From NCBI RefSeq assembly GCF_003334355.1, contig NZ_QOWP01000089.1: 1,309 bases of DNA, one strand, 5' to 3'. Below are positions 1 to 1,309 of this stretch, piece after piece. The notes below the pieces were generated by a model that made no database searches, was not told where the DNA came from, and saw only the letters and a list, made by a program, of their open reading frames with translations. This stretch comes from Escherichia coli. Its GTDB lineage: Bacteria > Pseudomonadota > Gammaproteobacteria > Enterobacterales > Enterobacteriaceae. Made by a program: the position numbers and the translations under genes. The stretch's first letter is position 1; each line of letters starts with the position of its first letter.

Positions 1-25
1 TGAACCGCCCCGGGTTTCCTGGAGA
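1..25. repeat. Terminal inverted repeat, IRR relative to transposase orientation
   Basis: Seen in sequence: positions 2-13 (GAACCGCCCCGG) are the exact reverse complement of 1298-1309, and positions 17-25 (TCCTGGAGA) are the exact reverse complement of 1286-1294. Positions 14-16 (GTT) mismatch the partner (AAA). Overall about 21 of 24 paired positions match. Position 1 (T) has no partner inside the window. Confidence 0.85.
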
Positions 26-42
26 GTGTTTTATCTGTGAAC

Positions 43-933
43 TCAGGCTGCCAGATCATCGTTTCCGATGGAAGCATAATAAGCTTTTTCTGCTTCTGCC
101 GGAGGAGTATGGCCCAGCCTTCCCAGCAATCGTCGATTGTTATACCAGTCCACCCACGTTAGTGTGGCCAGTTCCACTTCTGCACGGTTTTTCCAGCTCT
201 TACGGTGTATTACCTCCGCTTTGTAAAGACCATTGATGCTCTCAGCCATCGCGTTGTCATACGAGTCGCCTGTACTCCCTGTTGATGCCAGTAATCCGGC
301 TTCTTTTAGTCGCTCCGTATAGGCCAGTGACACATACTGAGAGCCTTTATCGCTGTGATGGATGGTGCCAGACGGACGACGGGCCCACAACGCCTGCTCC
401 AGCGCATCCAGCACGAATGTCGTTTCCATAGACGATGAGACCCGCCACCCCACGATGTATCCGGCAAACACATCAATGATAAACGCCACATAGACGAAGC
501 CCTGCCATGTGCTGACGTAAGTAAAATCAGCCACCCACAGCTGGTCAGGTCGTTCTGCCACGAACTGACGGTTTACGCGGTCGCCTGCGGCAACGGCTTT
601 CCGGCTGATGGTCGTACGGACCTTTTTACCCCGGAGAACACCGGCAAGTCCCATAACCGCCATGAGACGTGCCACTGTACATCTGGCCACCCTGATTCCT
701 TCCCGTAACAACTGACGCCAGACTTTACGCACACCGTACACCTGATGATTTTCATCGTATACGCGCTGTATCTCTCTCTTCAGCCAGTCGTCGTGCTGCG
801 CACGGGCACTGCGTTTATCCGGATGATGTCGCTGTTGCTGACAGTGGTAATACGTTGACGGGGCAATATGCAGTTCGCTGCATACCGGTCCGACCCCGTA
901 CTGCTCACGCAGCTTATCCAGCAGTGGCATCAT
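43..933 (-). CDS. IS3-family transposase OrfB (DDE / integrase-like catalytic domain; C-terminal part of OrfAB)
   Basis: Seen in sequence: 296-aa ORF, ATG at 933..931 (a second ATG follows at 930..928), TGA stop at 45..43. It lies in the -1 frame relative to orfA. Catalytic triad by motif inspection: D136 in LWVADFTYV (nt 526-528), D195 in HHSDKGSQY (nt 349-351), E231 in [15 protein letters not shown] (nt 241-243). D195 to E231 leaves 35 intervening residues, i.e. the DD(35)E arrangement of retroviral-integrase-like transposases. No internal stops or obvious truncation. Confidence 0.9.
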   Translation of the reverse strand: MMPLLDKLREQYGVGPVCSELHIAPSTYYHCQQQRHHPDKRSARAQHDDWLKREIQRVYDENHQVYGVRKVWRQLLREGIRVARCTVARLMAVMGLAGVLRGKKVRTTISRKAVAAGDRVNRQFVAERPDQLWVADFTYVSTWQGFVYVAFIIDVFAGYIVGWRVSSSMETTFVLDALEQALWARRPSGTIHHSDKGSQYVSLAYTERLKEAGLLASTGSTGDSYDNAMAESINGLYKAEVIHRKSWKNRAEVELATLTWVDWYNNRRLLGRLGHTPPAEAEKAYYASIGNDDLAA

Positions 934-941
934 TTTTTCCA
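928..941 (-). other. Putative programmed -1 ribosomal frameshift window (A6 slippery run) overlapping the orfA stop and orfB start (ATGA overlap)
   Basis: Seen in sequence: minus-strand 5'-TGG AAA AAA TGA TG-3', with the A6 run at + coordinates 933..938. In the orfA frame this reads W-K-K-stop; in the -1 frame it reads E-K-M-M and continues into OrfB. Established knowledge: IS3-family elements make the OrfAB transposase by -1 frameshifting on A-rich heptamers (A AAA AAG and similar) near the end of orfA. Inference: this A6 run is the shift site. The exact heptamer here (G AAA AAA, followed by a UGA stop) is not the canonical A AAA AAG. Confidence 0.6.
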
Positions 942-1256
942 GAGGCGGTCGAACTCCGCCTTCGCAAAATAAGCGGAAGCCTGGCGAAGGATATCGTTAC
1001 TGCGGCGCAGTTCACGATTTTCACGTTCCAGCTCTTTCAGACGCTGACGTTCAGCGCTGGTGAGCCCACCATCACCGCCCCCGGTATCCCGCTCATGCTG
1101 GCGAACCCAGACACGCAGAGTCTCCGGCGTACAGCCAATCTTTGGGGCAATGGAACAAATTGCCGCCCACTGTGAGTCATATTCATCCTGACTTTCCAGA
1201 ACCATACGAATCGCCCGCTGACGGACTTCGGGGGAAAAACGAGTATTTTTAGTCAT
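930..1256 (-). CDS. IS3-family transposase OrfA (DNA-binding / regulatory subunit; N-terminal part of the OrfAB fusion transposase)
   Basis: Seen in sequence: 108-aa ORF with ATG at 1256..1254 and TGA stop at 932..930, preceded by a Shine-Dalgarno-like AAGAGG 8 nt upstream. Protein features: a likely helix-turn-helix region around residues 28-52 ([25 protein letters not shown], about nt 1101..1175), a Gly-rich linker (DTGGGDGGL), and a heptad series L76-L83-L90-F97 (about nt 966..1031) consistent with the leucine zipper known for IS3-family OrfA proteins such as IS911 OrfA. Family assignment rests on recalled similarity. Confidence 0.9.
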   Translation of the reverse strand: MTKNTRFSPEVRQRAIRMVLESQDEYDSQWAAICSIAPKIGCTPETLRVWVRQHERDTGGGDGGLTSAERQRLKELERENRELRRSNDILRQASAYFAKAEFDRLWKK

Positions 1257-1264
1257 CCTGTTTA

Positions 1265-1270
1265 CCTCTT
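1265..1270 (-). promoter_or_regulatory. Shine-Dalgarno sequence for orfA
   Basis: Seen in sequence: minus-strand AAGAGG (+ strand CCTCTT at 1265..1270), with 8 nt between the GAGG and the orfA ATG at 1256. Confidence 0.6.
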
Positions 1271-1285
1271 TCTCAGGGAGTTTAG

Positions 1286-1309
1286 TCTCCAGGATTTCCG
1301 GGGCGGTTC
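1286..1309. repeat. Terminal inverted repeat, IRL (upstream of orfA)
   Basis: Seen in sequence: reverse-complement partner of positions 2-25 as described for the IRR. The window ends ...CGGGGCGGTTC; a terminal A to pair with T1 (giving the usual IS3-family TG...CA termini) would lie at position 1310, just outside the window. Confidence 0.85.

Larger units (their letters stand above)
1..1309 (-). mobile_element. Complete (or 1 bp short of complete) IS3-family insertion sequence, IS3 group, IS629/IS1203/IS3411-like
   Basis: Seen in sequence: two consecutive minus-strand ORFs in a -1 frame relationship (orfA 108 aa, orfB 296 aa) with a 4-nt ATGA overlap; imperfect terminal inverted repeats at both ends of the window; left terminus begins 5'-TG. 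Established knowledge: this two-ORF architecture, the DD(35)E OrfB and the roughly 1.3 kb length are the IS3-family hallmark. The OrfA N-terminus ([15 protein letters not shown]...) and C-terminus (...[14 protein letters not shown]) match my recollection of IS629-type OrfA; this is recalled, not searched. Confidence 0.93.

Noticed and set aside
36-41. Outward-facing -35-like hexamer (TTCACA on the minus strand) near the IRR end, which could form a hybrid promoter driving downstream host genes
   Set aside because: The hexamer is about 35 nt from the element terminus, so a -10 at normal spacing would have to lie inside the element (about 13-18), where the sequence (GAAACC) is not -10-like. No flanking DNA is available to test the idea.
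306-491. 61-aa ORF on the minus strand
   Set aside because: It is embedded within orfB in a different reading frame, its composition (Trp/Arg/Cys-rich) is typical of an out-of-frame read, and it has no independent start signals. Judged an alternate-frame artefact.
573-755. 60-aa ORF on the minus strand
   Set aside because: It is also fully nested within orfB in another frame, with no RBS or recognisable motif. Judged an alternate-frame artefact.
771-780. Short CT dinucleotide run (tctctctctt)
   Set aside because: Only about 4 repeat units within the orfB coding sequence. It is too short to count as a meaningful microsatellite or slippage-prone phase-variation tract and is more likely a coincidence of codon usage.
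855-1175. 106-aa ORF on the + strand from the six-frame track
   Set aside because: It lies entirely antisense to orfA and the start of orfB, has no recognisable RBS or domain features, and its low-complexity composition is typical of antisense reading of a coding region. It is most likely a spurious ORF, although a small antisense product cannot be strictly excluded without expression data.
1-1309. Possibility that the window hides a novel defence or cargo system
   Set aside because: The two transposase ORFs and terminal inverted repeats account for the whole window apart from roughly 40-50 bp of spacer at the ends. There is no room for passenger genes, and there are no CRISPR-like repeats, tRNA/ncRNA-like structures or additional conserved ORFs.

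Overview
The window is essentially one complete IS3-family insertion sequence (IS3 group), read in reverse orientation, and nothing else. From memory (no search was run), the OrfA and OrfB proteins closely resemble the IS629 / IS1203 / IS3411 group of Escherichia/Shigella, whose elements are about 1.31 kb. On the minus strand the layout is: IRL (1286..1309), an RBS, orfA (930..1256, 108 aa, DNA-binding with a leucine-zipper heptad), an A6 slippery run overlapping the orfA stop and orfB start, orfB (43..933, 296 aa, DDE integrase-like catalytic domain with an intact D-D-35-E triad), and IRR (1..25). The window starts exactly at the element terminus (TG...) and ends where the opposite terminus should be, apparently one base short of the expected ...CA. 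There is therefore no flanking DNA, and the target-site duplication, insertion context and any cargo cannot be assessed. I find no evidence of a novel or undescribed system here: this is a canonical, apparently intact and probably transposition-competent IS copy. The three other ORFs in the six-frame track are alternate-frame or antisense overlaps of the transposase genes and are judged spurious.
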